Below the pieces are notes generated by a model, which was given only the letters and a program-made list of their open reading frames with translations, searched no databases and was not told the origin of the DNA. A program made the translations under genes and the position numbers. 64,000 bases of DNA from the NCBI GenBank assembly GCA_050949045.1, contig JBMNEZ010000001.1, positions 96,001 through 160,000 of the forward strand. Reading direction: 5' to 3'. Each line of letters begins with the position of its first letter. The first letter of the stretch is position 1. The DNA is from Candidatus Izemoplasmatales bacterium (GTDB lineage: Bacteria; Bacillota_I; Bacilli_A; Izemoplasmatales; Hujiaoplasmataceae). Below, in pieces: positions 18,536 through 28,730 of this stretch.

Positions 18536-21484
18536 GTGCTAATGATTTTTAAACGCTTATTAGAAAAAAAACCATCGCGTTTTTGGTTTATATTCACGGT
18601 TATTATCAGCGTATTAATGATTGCAATCAATGCTGTCGCCATTTATTGGAGCGGTATAATCAGCATTGCATTACGCGGTGATATAGCGCACAAGGCGGAA
18701 AATGCCGAGGATGCAGTGGTGTATTACGAAAAAAGCACCTCAAGCAAGGATGAAGCTAATGCCCAAGCGCAAAGCATTACGCAAAGGATTGCCGAAGAGG
18801 GCTTTATTTTGTTGAAAAACGACAACGCCTTGCCTTTGAAAAAATCTGCGCAAGTGTCCGTCTTTGGCAAAAACTCTGTTAATCTCGTTTATGGCGGCTC
18901 GGGCTCGGGTGGTGGCGACGCTACGCTTCCAAAAAAGACGCTTTATGAAAGTCTTACATCACAGGGGATTGTTTTTAATCCAGTACTGAAAGCGTTTTAC
19001 GAGGATAACACTCTATCGGGACCCGGTAGAGAAAGTAATTCCGGCGACTTAGACAGTGGCGATACAGTCACTATTGGAACTGGAGAAACGCCACAAAGCA
19101 GTTATACCAACACTGTCAAGAACAGTTATGCAGATTATGCGGACGCGGCCATTGTCGTTTTTTCAAGAGTTGGCGGCGAAGGCTTTGATTTGCCTATGGT
19201 AGGCGCCAACGGCGCAAGGCATTATCTTGATTTAGATACAAATGAAAGAGACTTGCTTGAAAGTGTTTGTGCATCTGACTTTGAACATGTAATTGTTGTT
19301 CTCAACACTTTAAACATAATGGAAACAGGCTTTTTAAATGAATATGACGGAAAAATAGATGCCTGTATTTGGATTGGAGGACCAGGTTCAACAGGGATTA
19401 TGGCCTTGGGGAGAATACTTGACGGTACTGTTACTCCTTCAGGCCATACAACCAACACATGGCCCTATGATTTTAAAAAAGATCCTACTTGGAATAATTT
19501 TTCTGAAAGAGGAATATCAAAAGGTGACATCTATTTTAACACCGAAACGAACAAAAACACAGCGTATAACTACGTAAATTATGAAGAAGGAATTTATGTC
19601 GGTTATCGTTATTATGAGACGCGCGCTGCACAGGAACGTGAAAAAAACGGAAACGATAATTGGTATATAGAAAACGTTGCATTTCCATTCGGTTATGGGT
19701 TAAGTTACACCACTTTTAAATGGGAATTGACAAATAGTCAAAGCATAGATGGTGTTAAAATAAATAAGAATGGAAATTACTCAGTAACAGTCAATGTAAT
19801 TAATACAGGTTCTTATAAGGGCAAGGAAGTAGTTCAAATGTATGCAAAACTTCCTTATACAGCAAATGGTGTAGAGAAACCTTATGTGGTTTTGTGCGGT
19901 TATGCAAAAACAGATATGCTGTACCCTACCGCTGAAAAAGCAATTAATGCAGAAGAGGCAGCGGGAAATAAAAAGCCAAATTCCCAAAAAATCACGATCA
20001 CGTTTTCGCCTTATGATATCGCTTCTTACGATTACAGCAAAAAAAGCGGTCACGAAGGATACATAATTGAAAGTGGTGCTTATGAGCTCTTGTTGTGCAG
20101 CGATGCACACACAAGCAAGTTTTCTGTGCCGTTTAGTGTCGAAGATGACATTGTTTACGAAAACGATCCCATAACAAATACAAGAGTAGTCAACAGATAC
20201 ACCAATTGCGCAGACAGTGCTTTCAATTCGGATACGATGATTGCGGACTTCCAAATGAGCAGAAATGACTTATCTATCCTACCGGATGCGTATCAGGACG
20301 CCGACAGACAAGTTACAACTGAGTTTATCAACTTAATTGCAGACTTAACGCATAATAATCCAAACGCCGCCGGTATTACTGAAATGCCTAAACAAGGTAA
20401 GGTTGCAACAATGGATTTGGCGGGAGTGTTACAATATGACGCGGCAACCCAGACTTACTACGCAAACTACGATGACAATGCGAGTTGGGATGTTATTCTA
20501 GATGCTGTTTCTATCAACTCCATGCTAAATATGTATAACACCGCTGCATTTAAAACTAACAAGATCGATAACATTAACAAGCCTCAGACACTCGAATCCG
20601 ACGGACCTGTGGGATGGTGTAATTTCATTTCGCTTACTGATCCAACTTGGAAAGGAAACAATGTTTATACCTCACAGGTTGTTATGTCCGCAACATGGAA
20701 TGTCGATTTAATCGAGGAAATGGGCAAATGCGTAGGGGAAGAAGGCTTATGGGGCGCAGTTAACTCCGATGGTCGCCCTTACAGCGGCTGGTATGCGCCT
20801 GGAGTGAATATCCATCGCTCGCAATTTGGCGGTAGAAACTTTGAGTATTTTTCTGAAGATAGCTATTTGACAGGCACAATGGGCGCAGCGGAAATAAAAG
20901 GCTGCCAGTCAAAGGGCGTTTATTGCTATGTGAAGCATTTTGCGGTAAACGAACAGGAAACTCATCGAATGGGGGCCTGCAACTGGCTTACCGAGCAGGC
21001 TTTGCGTGAACTGTATCTAAAACCGTTTGAGATAGTGGTCAAGCAGGGAAAAACAAGAGCCATGATGTCCAGCTTTACACGTATAGGAACAAGATGGACA
21101 GGCGGAGATTATAGGCTTTTGACAGAGATATTACGTGACGAATGGGGATTTAGAGGCACAGTTATTTGCGATTACAATGCGACAAGCAATTTTATGAATT
21201 GTAGACAAATGGTATATGCAGGCGGAGATTTAAATCTTTGTTCCTCCATTAGTAAGCAATGGAATGACTTTGACAGTACATCTGCCGTAGATGTAACAAT
21301 GTTGAGAAACGCAACAAAAAATGTGCTCTATACTGTGGCCAACTCAAACGCTATGAATAGTCTAAGCTATTATTACACGCTCGCTACATGGAAGATTTGC
21401 CTTATTGTGGCAGATGTTTTGACTGTGTTGGGTCTTGCAGTATGGGGAATTCTAGCCATTCGCAAATCACGTAAAATGCTTTAA
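18536..21484 (+). CDS. Membrane-anchored GH3 beta-glycosidase (permuted domains, TM at both ends)
   Basis: RVGGEGFDL, YEEGIYVGYRYYET, SDGPVG, HRSQFGGRNFEYFSED, KHFAVNEQE, EWGFRGTVICD. Confidence 0.92.
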   Translation: MLMIFKRLLEKKPSRFWFIFTVIISVLMIAINAVAIYWSGIISIALRGDIAHKAENAEDAVVYYEKSTSSKDEANAQAQSITQRIAEEGFILLKNDNALPLKKSAQVSVFGKNSVNLVYGGSGSGGGDATLPKKTLYESLTSQGIVFNPVLKAFYEDNTLSGPGRESNSGDLDSGDTVTIGTGETPQSSYTNTVKNSYADYADAAIVVFSRVGGEGFDLPMVGANGARHYLDLDTNERDLLESVCASDFEHVIVVLNTLNIMETGFLNEYDGKIDACIWIGGPGSTGIMALGRILDGTVTPSGHTTNTWPYDFKKDPTWNNFSERGISKGDIYFNTETNKNTAYNYVNYEEGIYVGYRYYETRAAQEREKNGNDNWYIENVAFPFGYGLSYTTFKWELTNSQSIDGVKINKNGNYSVTVNVINTGSYKGKEVVQMYAKLPYTANGVEKPYVVLCGYAKTDMLYPTAEKAINAEEAAGNKKPNSQKITITFSPYDIASYDYSKKSGHEGYIIESGAYELLLCSDAHTSKFSVPFSVEDDIVYENDPITNTRVVNRYTNCADSAFNSDTMIADFQMSRNDLSILPDAYQDADRQVTTEFINLIADLTHNNPNAAGITEMPKQGKVATMDLAGVLQYDAATQTYYANYDDNASWDVILDAVSINSMLNMYNTAAFKTNKIDNINKPQTLESDGPVGWCNFISLTDPTWKGNNVYTSQVVMSATWNVDLIEEMGKCVGEEGLWGAVNSDGRPYSGWYAPGVNIHRSQFGGRNFEYFSEDSYLTGTMGAAEIKGCQSKGVYCYVKHFAVNEQETHRMGACNWLTEQALRELYLKPFEIVVKQGKTRAMMSSFTRIGTRWTGGDYRLLTEILRDEWGFRGTVICDYNATSNFMNCRQMVYAGGDLNLCSSISKQWNDFDSTSAVDVTMLRNATKNVLYTVANSNAMNSLSYYYTLATWKICLIVADVLTVLGLAVWGILAIRKSRKML

Positions 21485-21659
21485 TGATGACTAGTCAATA
21501 GGATAGCGACAAATCACTTGCGAAAGCATAGGGAATACAACTGTGTCATCAATAACCCAAGATTATGAAACATTATGCAATTAGAATATATGAACTGACA
21601 ATATTAAATAATTTTAATAATAGGTTATTTTCGTATTTCCATGCTTTTGATGAACTTAC

Positions 21660-21694
21660 ATGATGATAAAGCCCTCCCGATTAAGGAGGGCTTT
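21660..21694 (+). repeat. 35-bp direct repeat copy 2
   Basis: atgatgataaagccctcccgattaaggagggcttt. Confidence 0.85.
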
Positions 21695-22026
21695 ATGATA
21701 CAAAATTTACATTTTCATTGAATACTTTCGACACTACACATTATTGGATAATATACAAACAATACTACATAATCAATTCGAATACGTAAATATTAACCCT
21801 ATGTTGGAATAAGTTTTACTGGATTTGTATTGATAAATTTCTTTCAAAACGTCCGCAACACATATTATTCACTCAATAATATATTTAATCATGAACAATG
21901 TTTTTTATCTTGATTTGTATATCTGTTTGCTAAATTGAGCTATTTTTTAGATGGCAATACTTGTATACTGTTTTTTAATTACGTGCTATAATACAGTAAA
22001 CTTTTGAAACACTACTGGAGGTATTT

Positions 22027-23445
22027 ATGTTTCTTTCAACTTTTCAAAACAGCAACTATTTTTACTGGCAATTGGTTATCCAATTTGGGATTGTATCGTT
22101 AATGTTACTGATTGCCAATATTATCCGACGAAAAGTTAAAGTATTCAGGAATTTGTTGTTTCCTACCGCTATCATAGCGGGGTTTATCGGATTAGGCGTC
22201 AAGTATCTGATTTTTGGATTAGATGTTCAAATTGACGGACAATTGATATTGACCAATGATTTTTTAGAAGCGGTTACCTATCATACCATTGCGCTCGGAT
22301 TTATTTCTATGGGATTAAAAAGTTTCAAAGATGAAAGCACCAAAAAATATAATGGCAAACCTTTTAAAACGGGTTTGGTTATCGTAAACACATATTTACT
22401 ACAAGGTATTGTTGGTGTAGCCATAACGATAATCCTGTCCTATATATTTGTCGAAATAGCTCCTTTTGCCGGATTGCTTTTACCAATGGGCTATGGACAA
22501 GGGCCGGGACAGGCAGCCAATATCGGCGGTTTATTTGAAGAAAACGGTTTTGTCGGTGGGAAGTCATTTGGATTGTCTATTGCGGCCTTCGGCATTCTTT
22601 GGGCTTGCACAGCCGGGATCTATTATATCAATAAAAGATCTAAGGAAGGGAAAATCCAACGAGCTGACGAAGAAATCGCCCAAGTAGTCTCGGCTGAAGA
22701 AATCGAATCAATAGATGAAATTCCTGTTAGTGAAGCGATTGACAAAATGAGTATTCAAATCATTTTGATCAGTGTCACATATGCTTTGAGTTTTCTATTT
22801 ATGAAAACAGTAACGACATTAATCAACATTAAGGAAGTTACCGGATTAATTTGGGGCTTTAACTTTATTTTTGGAATGCTCTTCGCTATGTTTGTCAAGA
22901 TGATTTTGAAGGGCCTAAGAAAAAGCAAACTGATGAAGCGTAAATATACAAACGAATATATGTTAAACCGGATTACCGGTGTGGTATTTGACTATATGAT
23001 AGTTGCCGGTATTATGTCAATCAATATCGAAGTGCTCGCAAATACTGGTTTATGGGTTGGATTGCTGGTAATCACGACCGTTGGGGGCATTTTAACTTAC
23101 CGTTACTTGCGTTATACGGTCAAGAGAATATACCCGGATTACGAACATCAAGCATTTGCGGTTCTGTTTGGAAATTTAGCCGGGACCGCTTCGAATGGCA
23201 TCGCTTTATTGCGAGAAATCGATCCTGATTTTAAAACGCCGGCAGCGGATGACTTAGTCACCGGTTCTTCAACAGCCGTTTTGTTTGGTGCGCCGCTATT
23301 GGCGATCACAGCATTGATATATCAGCCTAAATGGTATTACCTGTGGGGCTCTTGGGTCGTAATGATCATCTTTTTTGTACTTTTTTCTTTCTTACTGTTC
23401 AAGAAGCCCGCTAAAACGAAAAAGGCAAAAAAACAAACTGATTAA
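22027..23445 (+). CDS. Sodium:glutamate symporter family (GltS-like) protein
   Basis: PTAIIAGFIGL, GYGQGPGQA, GNLAGTASNGIALLREIDP; many TM segments. Confidence 0.75.
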   Translation: MFLSTFQNSNYFYWQLVIQFGIVSLMLLIANIIRRKVKVFRNLLFPTAIIAGFIGLGVKYLIFGLDVQIDGQLILTNDFLEAVTYHTIALGFISMGLKSFKDESTKKYNGKPFKTGLVIVNTYLLQGIVGVAITIILSYIFVEIAPFAGLLLPMGYGQGPGQAANIGGLFEENGFVGGKSFGLSIAAFGILWACTAGIYYINKRSKEGKIQRADEEIAQVVSAEEIESIDEIPVSEAIDKMSIQIILISVTYALSFLFMKTVTTLINIKEVTGLIWGFNFIFGMLFAMFVKMILKGLRKSKLMKRKYTNEYMLNRITGVVFDYMIVAGIMSINIEVLANTGLWVGLLVITTVGGILTYRYLRYTVKRIYPDYEHQAFAVLFGNLAGTASNGIALLREIDPDFKTPAADDLVTGSSTAVLFGAPLLAITALIYQPKWYYLWGSWVVMIIFFVLFSFLLFKKPAKTKKAKKQTD

Positions 23446-23465
23446 TATACTGCAATTGATTAACA

Positions 23466-23500
23466 AAATCCGAGTGAAGTGTTTTCATTCGGATTTTTTT
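23466..23500. terminator. Terminator between convergent genes
   Basis: aaaatccgagtgaa...ttcattcggatttttt. Confidence 0.7.
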
Positions 23501-23613
23501 GATTTCAAGTGGTCGGAGTTGACGACCATTGCGAAAAGCGTGGATCACAAAGAATGGAGTCCGAAACTAAAAAAAGTCTGTGGAATGAACATCAACGGCC
23601 ACAGGCATTTTAT

Positions 23614-24579
23614 TTATTCAAAAGGGTATTTAAGTTTGATCAACTTACGTATCTGGTCGAGATAAGACATTGATTCTCTCGATGCTTCATGAGTCATGAT
23701 TGGATCTTCCAACAAGCCGTTTTCGATATCATCCGCAAACGCGATAATTTCATGGACAAAACCGTCGCCTTTATAAGGGATTGTGATTTTTTTGCCATCG
23801 ATGGATACTACTTGACAGCCGAAAAATCTTTTAAGTTCGATGCAGGAGTTGCTGTACTCCAGTCTGGCTTTGTTTGAGAGGAACCTTTTCATACTGGAGC
23901 GAAGTCTGATTTTTGCATCGTTTTCATCGGTAATGAGGACGTCGCATTCGGAGTCTACTCCGGTTTTGGTGAATGCGGCGCTTGCGACAATGGTTTTCAC
24001 CGGCACTTTCTTCACATAGTTATACAGGCTGAGATTATATACTCCCAAATCGAGCAGGCTTCCTCCTGCCAGATCAGGGTTCATCAGCCTTTTTTTAGGA
24101 GAACTGAACAGGGCCAAGGGATGACCAAACTCAATGGTTGCCTTTTTGAGATCGCCAAGTTTTCCGGAATCAACCAGACTTTTCACATATTTTACAGCAG
24201 GGAGAAACCTTGTCCACAGCGCTTCCATTATTAAGACATTGTTCGTTTTGGCTGCTTTGATTAGTTCTTCATATTGATGTAGATTGACGGTGATCGGTTT
24301 CTCGACGAGGACATGCTTTTTGTTCTTGATGAACAACAAAGCCAGCTCATAGTGGAAGGTATGAGGCGTTGCGATGTATGCCGCATCGATGACATCGCTT
24401 TTTGCCATATCCGAGTAACTGGAGAATGCATGTTCGAGACCAAGCGCTTTTTTGTATGCTTCAGCCTTATCGATTGTCCGCGAAGCAACAGCGGTTATCA
24501 CGGCGTTATCGACCAACTTGATATCTTTGCAGAATCTCTTGGCGATTCCGCCGGCACCGACGATACCGAATCTTACCAT
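23614..24579 (-). CDS. Gfo/Idh/MocA-family oxidoreductase
   Basis: FGIVGAGGIA, YIATPH, HVLVEKP, MEALWTRFLP, GGSLLDLGVY; ATG at 24579 after GGAGG. Confidence 0.9.
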   Translation of the reverse strand: MVRFGIVGAGGIAKRFCKDIKLVDNAVITAVASRTIDKAEAYKKALGLEHAFSSYSDMAKSDVIDAAYIATPHTFHYELALLFIKNKKHVLVEKPITVNLHQYEELIKAAKTNNVLIMEALWTRFLPAVKYVKSLVDSGKLGDLKKATIEFGHPLALFSSPKKRLMNPDLAGGSLLDLGVYNLSLYNYVKKVPVKTIVASAAFTKTGVDSECDVLITDENDAKIRLRSSMKRFLSNKARLEYSNSCIELKRFFGCQVVSIDGKKITIPYKGDGFVHEIIAFADDIENGLLEDPIMTHEASRESMSYLDQIRKLIKLKYPFE

Positions 24580-24957
24580 TAGACGTCCTCCGTTTAGAAT
24601 TGACTTTTTTACAGAAAAGCCAATATGCATAATCAAACGATGATTTTTTGTTTCTGTGATAGAGCATACCAAAGATGGTTTGACAGATATTATTTTATGC
24701 GAATTCATCGAAATGCACAATATCAATGAAAGGATTTCCGTAAACCGTTGACGGTAGTTTATCTGATCTTATGCCAAAGTCAATAAATGAATGGTATAAT
24801 TTACATATATGTGAAAGATTACGACTCTCTGTTATAGTGCATATTGACTAATAAAAGTTATTGGCACTGACTGATTTCTCCGTATCAGTTTCTATATACT
24901 GTAATCTCTCGTTTTTCAACTGTATATGGTTTCATCGCGTGTTTTGGAGGAAGACAG

Positions 24958-25761
24958 ATGGCAAACTTGATTAAACACAAGAAAATCTTGATAATTCTCA
25001 CATCATTATTCATTTTGGTGATCCTGGCGAGCCAATTTTTGCGATTGACGTTCTTTACCGATGATCTGACAAAGAAAATGGCCAATGATATTTCTATTAG
25101 GCTGGGCATGGGATTGATATTCTTGTTTATGATGTATTACATGGGGTATTGTCTTTTCAAAAAACCCGGGAAATCGTGGATACAATTACTTTTTGTTTTG
25201 ATTCCGGGTTTATTAATATCCATAAACAACTTTCCGATAAGCGCTTATTTGTCATCGCGAACCACTTTAACCGAGCCAATCCATACTGTCTTTTTTTATG
25301 CGGTTGAGTGTTTGGCAATCGGCTTTTTTGAAGAAACGGTTTTTCGAGGAGTTATTCTGTTGGTTTTGTTACAGAGGTTGCCGCAAACCAAGCGCGGAAG
25401 TTTCATGGCGATCATTGTTTCCTCGGCTCTTTTCGGCTTGACTCATCTTTTCAATTTGTTTGTTGGGGCGGCAGTTCCAGACACGTTGATTCAAGTGGGA
25501 TATTCTTTTTTGATGGGGGCTATGTGGAGTGTGATATATATTGCGACAGAAAACTTGCTGTTCCCCATCCTGCTTCATGCATCCTACAACTTTTTCGGAG
25601 AGGTGTTGTTTCGCCTGGGAACCGTATCAAACCGGTTTGATTTTCCGACCATACTGGTCACTTCCATTTTGGCAGTTTTGGCAATCATGGCATATTCGCT
25701 TGTTTTCTGTAAAATCAAACAAGAGGATCTTGCCAATATCGGCGCAAGCGATTCCCGGTAA
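24958..25761 (+). CDS. CPBP-family (type II CAAX/Abi) intramembrane glutamic endopeptidase
   Basis: EETVFRG, FGLTH, HASYN motifs; polytopic membrane protein. Confidence 0.9.
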   Translation: MANLIKHKKILIILTSLFILVILASQFLRLTFFTDDLTKKMANDISIRLGMGLIFLFMMYYMGYCLFKKPGKSWIQLLFVLIPGLLISINNFPISAYLSSRTTLTEPIHTVFFYAVECLAIGFFEETVFRGVILLVLLQRLPQTKRGSFMAIIVSSALFGLTHLFNLFVGAAVPDTLIQVGYSFLMGAMWSVIYIATENLLFPILLHASYNFFGEVLFRLGTVSNRFDFPTILVTSILAVLAIMAYSLVFCKIKQEDLANIGASDSR

Positions 25762-26012
25762 TCGATTGTATCGCTACTGCAAATTGACTAATTTGTCTTT
25801 TGGTATGGGCAATTATTTGTGAAACAAAATACCGCCATATGTATGAATATTCCCTTTGGGGTCGCCTAAAAATGTTATAATATTGTTAGAGAATTATTTG
25901 TAATGGCGATCATGGGAAATGAAAATAATCCGCTAACGATTCAAAAGAAGAATCATAATATTCTTTATTCTTATATGTGAACATATAGGACAGGACAAAG
26001 GAGCCGCAACAA

Positions 26013-27326
26013 ATGAATTTGACAAATAATTACAAACACTTGGCAATTGACATTGGAGCGAGCGGGGGAACTGCAGTTGTCGGATCTAGCGGTTCTGATC
26101 GGCAAAAACTGCTTGAGGTATACCGCTTTAACAACCAAATGGAAAATTCGGATGCTGGACTGGTATGGAATATCAACCATCTTTTCAAAGAAATCCTGAC
26201 AAGCATCAAGATCGCTTCTGAAAAATATCCCGATCTCAAATCCGTAGGAATTGACACGTGGGGAGTCGACTACGTTTTAATGAACGGCGATGAACCGTTA
26301 CTTCCGGTCTATGCTTATCGAAATGACAGGACAAAGAGCGTGATCGATGAAGTACATGGCATTATCCCCTTTGAAAAATTGTATGGCATGACGGGCTGCC
26401 AGTTCCAAAGGTTCAATACCCTGTATCAGCTATATGCGGACAAACAGGCAAATCGCCTTGAAAAAGCAAGCGACTTTCTGATGTTGCCTGACTATTTCTA
26501 TTACAGACTGACAGGTATAAAAACACATGAGTATACCAATGCAACGACGACCGGAATGGTTAACCCCTTAACCGGAGAATTTGATCAAGATCTTGTTCGG
26601 ACATTGGGAATGCCGAAGCGCTTGTTTCCGAAAATCACGCAACCAGGATTATGTCAACCGGTCAGGAAAGAATATTCAAAAACAGGCTTAATTTCGGTTC
26701 TAGTCGCAACTCATGACACCGCAAGCGCCGTTGAATCCCTTGATATTTCCGGCAACACGATTTATATTTCAAGCGGAACTTGGTCTTTGATTGGTGTCAA
26801 GAGAGACAAGCCGATCCGCTCCGAACAAGCCATGAAAAGCAACTTCACAAATGAAGGCGGGCTTGGCTACACCCGTTTTCAAAAAAATATCATGGGGCTT
26901 TGGATAGTGCAGGAGTTGAAGAGAGAATTCAATATTGAAACCTATGAAGAGATGGTCCGACTGGCTAAGATGAGCTGTTATCAGAAGACCTTTGATGTGA
27001 ATGACTCTCGTTATCTATCTCCGAAATCAATGTATCGAGAAATTGAGATGGAGTTAAGAAAGCGCTATGACAAATCACCGGAAAACAAAGGAGATATCAT
27101 CAATTCCGTCTTCCACAGCTTGGCAAAATGCTATTCGGTGGCTGTCGAGGAAATTGAAACCATCACCGGGAAGAAATACGATTCCATCATCATTTTTGGC
27201 GGAGGAGCCAAAAACAATTATCTCAATTCCTTGGTTGAAAACTACACTAAAAAAACAGTCAATGCGTATCCGATAGAAGCGTCAGCTCTCGGCAACATAA
27301 AAATACAAAGTGAAGTGATAAAATGA
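26013..27326 (+). CDS. rhaB: Rhamnulokinase
   Basis: LAIDIGASGG, GIDTWGVDY, THDTASAV, YISSGTWSLIG, FTNEGG, KNIMGLW. Confidence 0.92.
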   Translation: MNLTNNYKHLAIDIGASGGTAVVGSSGSDRQKLLEVYRFNNQMENSDAGLVWNINHLFKEILTSIKIASEKYPDLKSVGIDTWGVDYVLMNGDEPLLPVYAYRNDRTKSVIDEVHGIIPFEKLYGMTGCQFQRFNTLYQLYADKQANRLEKASDFLMLPDYFYYRLTGIKTHEYTNATTTGMVNPLTGEFDQDLVRTLGMPKRLFPKITQPGLCQPVRKEYSKTGLISVLVATHDTASAVESLDISGNTIYISSGTWSLIGVKRDKPIRSEQAMKSNFTNEGGLGYTRFQKNIMGLWIVQELKREFNIETYEEMVRLAKMSCYQKTFDVNDSRYLSPKSMYREIEMELRKRYDKSPENKGDIINSVFHSLAKCYSVAVEEIETITGKKYDSIIIFGGGAKNNYLNSLVENYTKKTVNAYPIEASALGNIKIQSEVIK

Positions 27327-28567
27327 AACGATTTGAAGAAGCGAAAATCATCTACTCCCAATACGGAATCGATGTCGGCAAGGCAATCGAGACGGTCAGG
27401 AACATTCCCATTTCCATCCATTGCTGGCAAGGCGATGATGTCTCAGGCTTCGAGCACGGCTCGGTTTTGAGCGGTGGAATCCAAACAACTGGAAATTATC
27501 CCGGGAAGGCAAGAGATTTCGAAGAGTTGAAAATGGATTTCTTGGAAGCGATCAAGCATATTCCAGGAACCAAAAGAATCAATCTTCATGCCATGTACGC
27601 CGTTGCCGGCGGAATGGCAGACAGAAGCAAGTTGAAACCCAAGCATTTCGAGCCGTGGCTTGATTATGCCTTGAAAAACAACTTAAAGATCGATTTCAAT
27701 CCGACTTTCTTTGCCCATCCGATGGTAAAAGACAATCTGACTTTGTCGTCTCCAGACGACTCCGTCCGTTCTTATTGGATTGAACACGGCAAGGCTTGTC
27801 GGGAAATCGCGGCATACATCGGCGAAAAGCAAGGCTCGCCATGCCTGTGCAACATCTGGATTCCGGATGGCATGAAAGACATTCCGGCAGATCGCATCGG
27901 TCCAAGGCAGAGGCTCAAGAACTCGCTCGATCAGATTCTTGATCAAACCTATCCGGAAGAATATATCATTGATGCAATCGAAAGCAAGGTGTTCGGCATC
28001 GGGCTTGAAAGCTATACGGTCGGTTCGTCCGAGTTCTATATGAACTACGCAAAAGAAAAAGGAATTTGTTGTTTGCTTGACAATGGCCATTACCACCCAA
28101 CTGAAAATGTCGCGGACAAAATATCCTCGATGCTTCTATTTAACAAGCATGTGGCTTTTCACATCACCCGACCGGTACGATGGGACAGCGATCACGTCGT
28201 GCGTCTTGATGATGTCATAAAAGAAATCGCGCAAGAGATCATCGCTTCGGGAGAAACAGAGCGTTTTTTGATCGGGCTTGACTTCTTTGACGCGTCGATC
28301 AACCGCATCGTCGCTTGGGTAATTGGCTCAAGGAACTTTCAAAAAGCCTTGTTGGAAGCAGCCTTGACGCCTCATAGGGAACTAAAACAACTACAAGACA
28401 GCGGTGATTTCACCAAACTTTTGGCATTGCAGGAGGAACTGAAGACTTTGCCTTTCTACGATATCTGGAATAAATACTGCATAGAAGAACAAGTAGCTCC
28501 GGATATGAAATGGTACGAAGAAGTGAAAGCATACGAAAAGAAAGTTCTGCTTCCGAGAGGTTCGTAA
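27323..28567 (+). CDS. rhaA: L-rhamnose isomerase
   Basis: ISIHCWQGDDVSGFE, GNYPGKAR, ESKVFGIGLESYTVGS, RPVRWDSDHV, IGLDFFDASINR. Confidence 0.96.
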   Translation: MKRFEEAKIIYSQYGIDVGKAIETVRNIPISIHCWQGDDVSGFEHGSVLSGGIQTTGNYPGKARDFEELKMDFLEAIKHIPGTKRINLHAMYAVAGGMADRSKLKPKHFEPWLDYALKNNLKIDFNPTFFAHPMVKDNLTLSSPDDSVRSYWIEHGKACREIAAYIGEKQGSPCLCNIWIPDGMKDIPADRIGPRQRLKNSLDQILDQTYPEEYIIDAIESKVFGIGLESYTVGSSEFYMNYAKEKGICCLLDNGHYHPTENVADKISSMLLFNKHVAFHITRPVRWDSDHVVRLDDVIKEIAQEIIASGETERFLIGLDFFDASINRIVAWVIGSRNFQKALLEAALTPHRELKQLQDSGDFTKLLALQEELKTLPFYDIWNKYCIEEQVAPDMKWYEEVKAYEKKVLLPRGS

Positions 28568-28590
28568 GCAACCATCCATAGTACTATATT

Positions 28591-28630
28591 GCCCCGCAGA
28601 AGGTCTCAAGAATTTTTGCAGGGCTTTTTT
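28591..28630 (+). terminator. Terminator after rhaA
   Basis: gccccgcagaag...tttttgcagggc plus T-tract. Confidence 0.6.
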
Positions 28631-28730
28631 ATTTAAAAAAGCAATTACCATGTAATTTATTACCAATTGAACAAAAAAGGAGAGTCAACCATGTAACTCT
28701 CCCTTAAAAATTCGATTGAAGCCGATGTGA

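Noticed and set aside
21523..21648. Inverted ends (aaagcatagggaatac / gtatttccatgcttt) as a MITE
   Set aside because: The match is short and imperfect, with no second copy or target-site duplication in the window.
9647..21700. Prophage or ICE at tRNA-Lys
   Set aside because: No integrase, phage or conjugation genes; only the direct repeat and catabolic cargo are visible.
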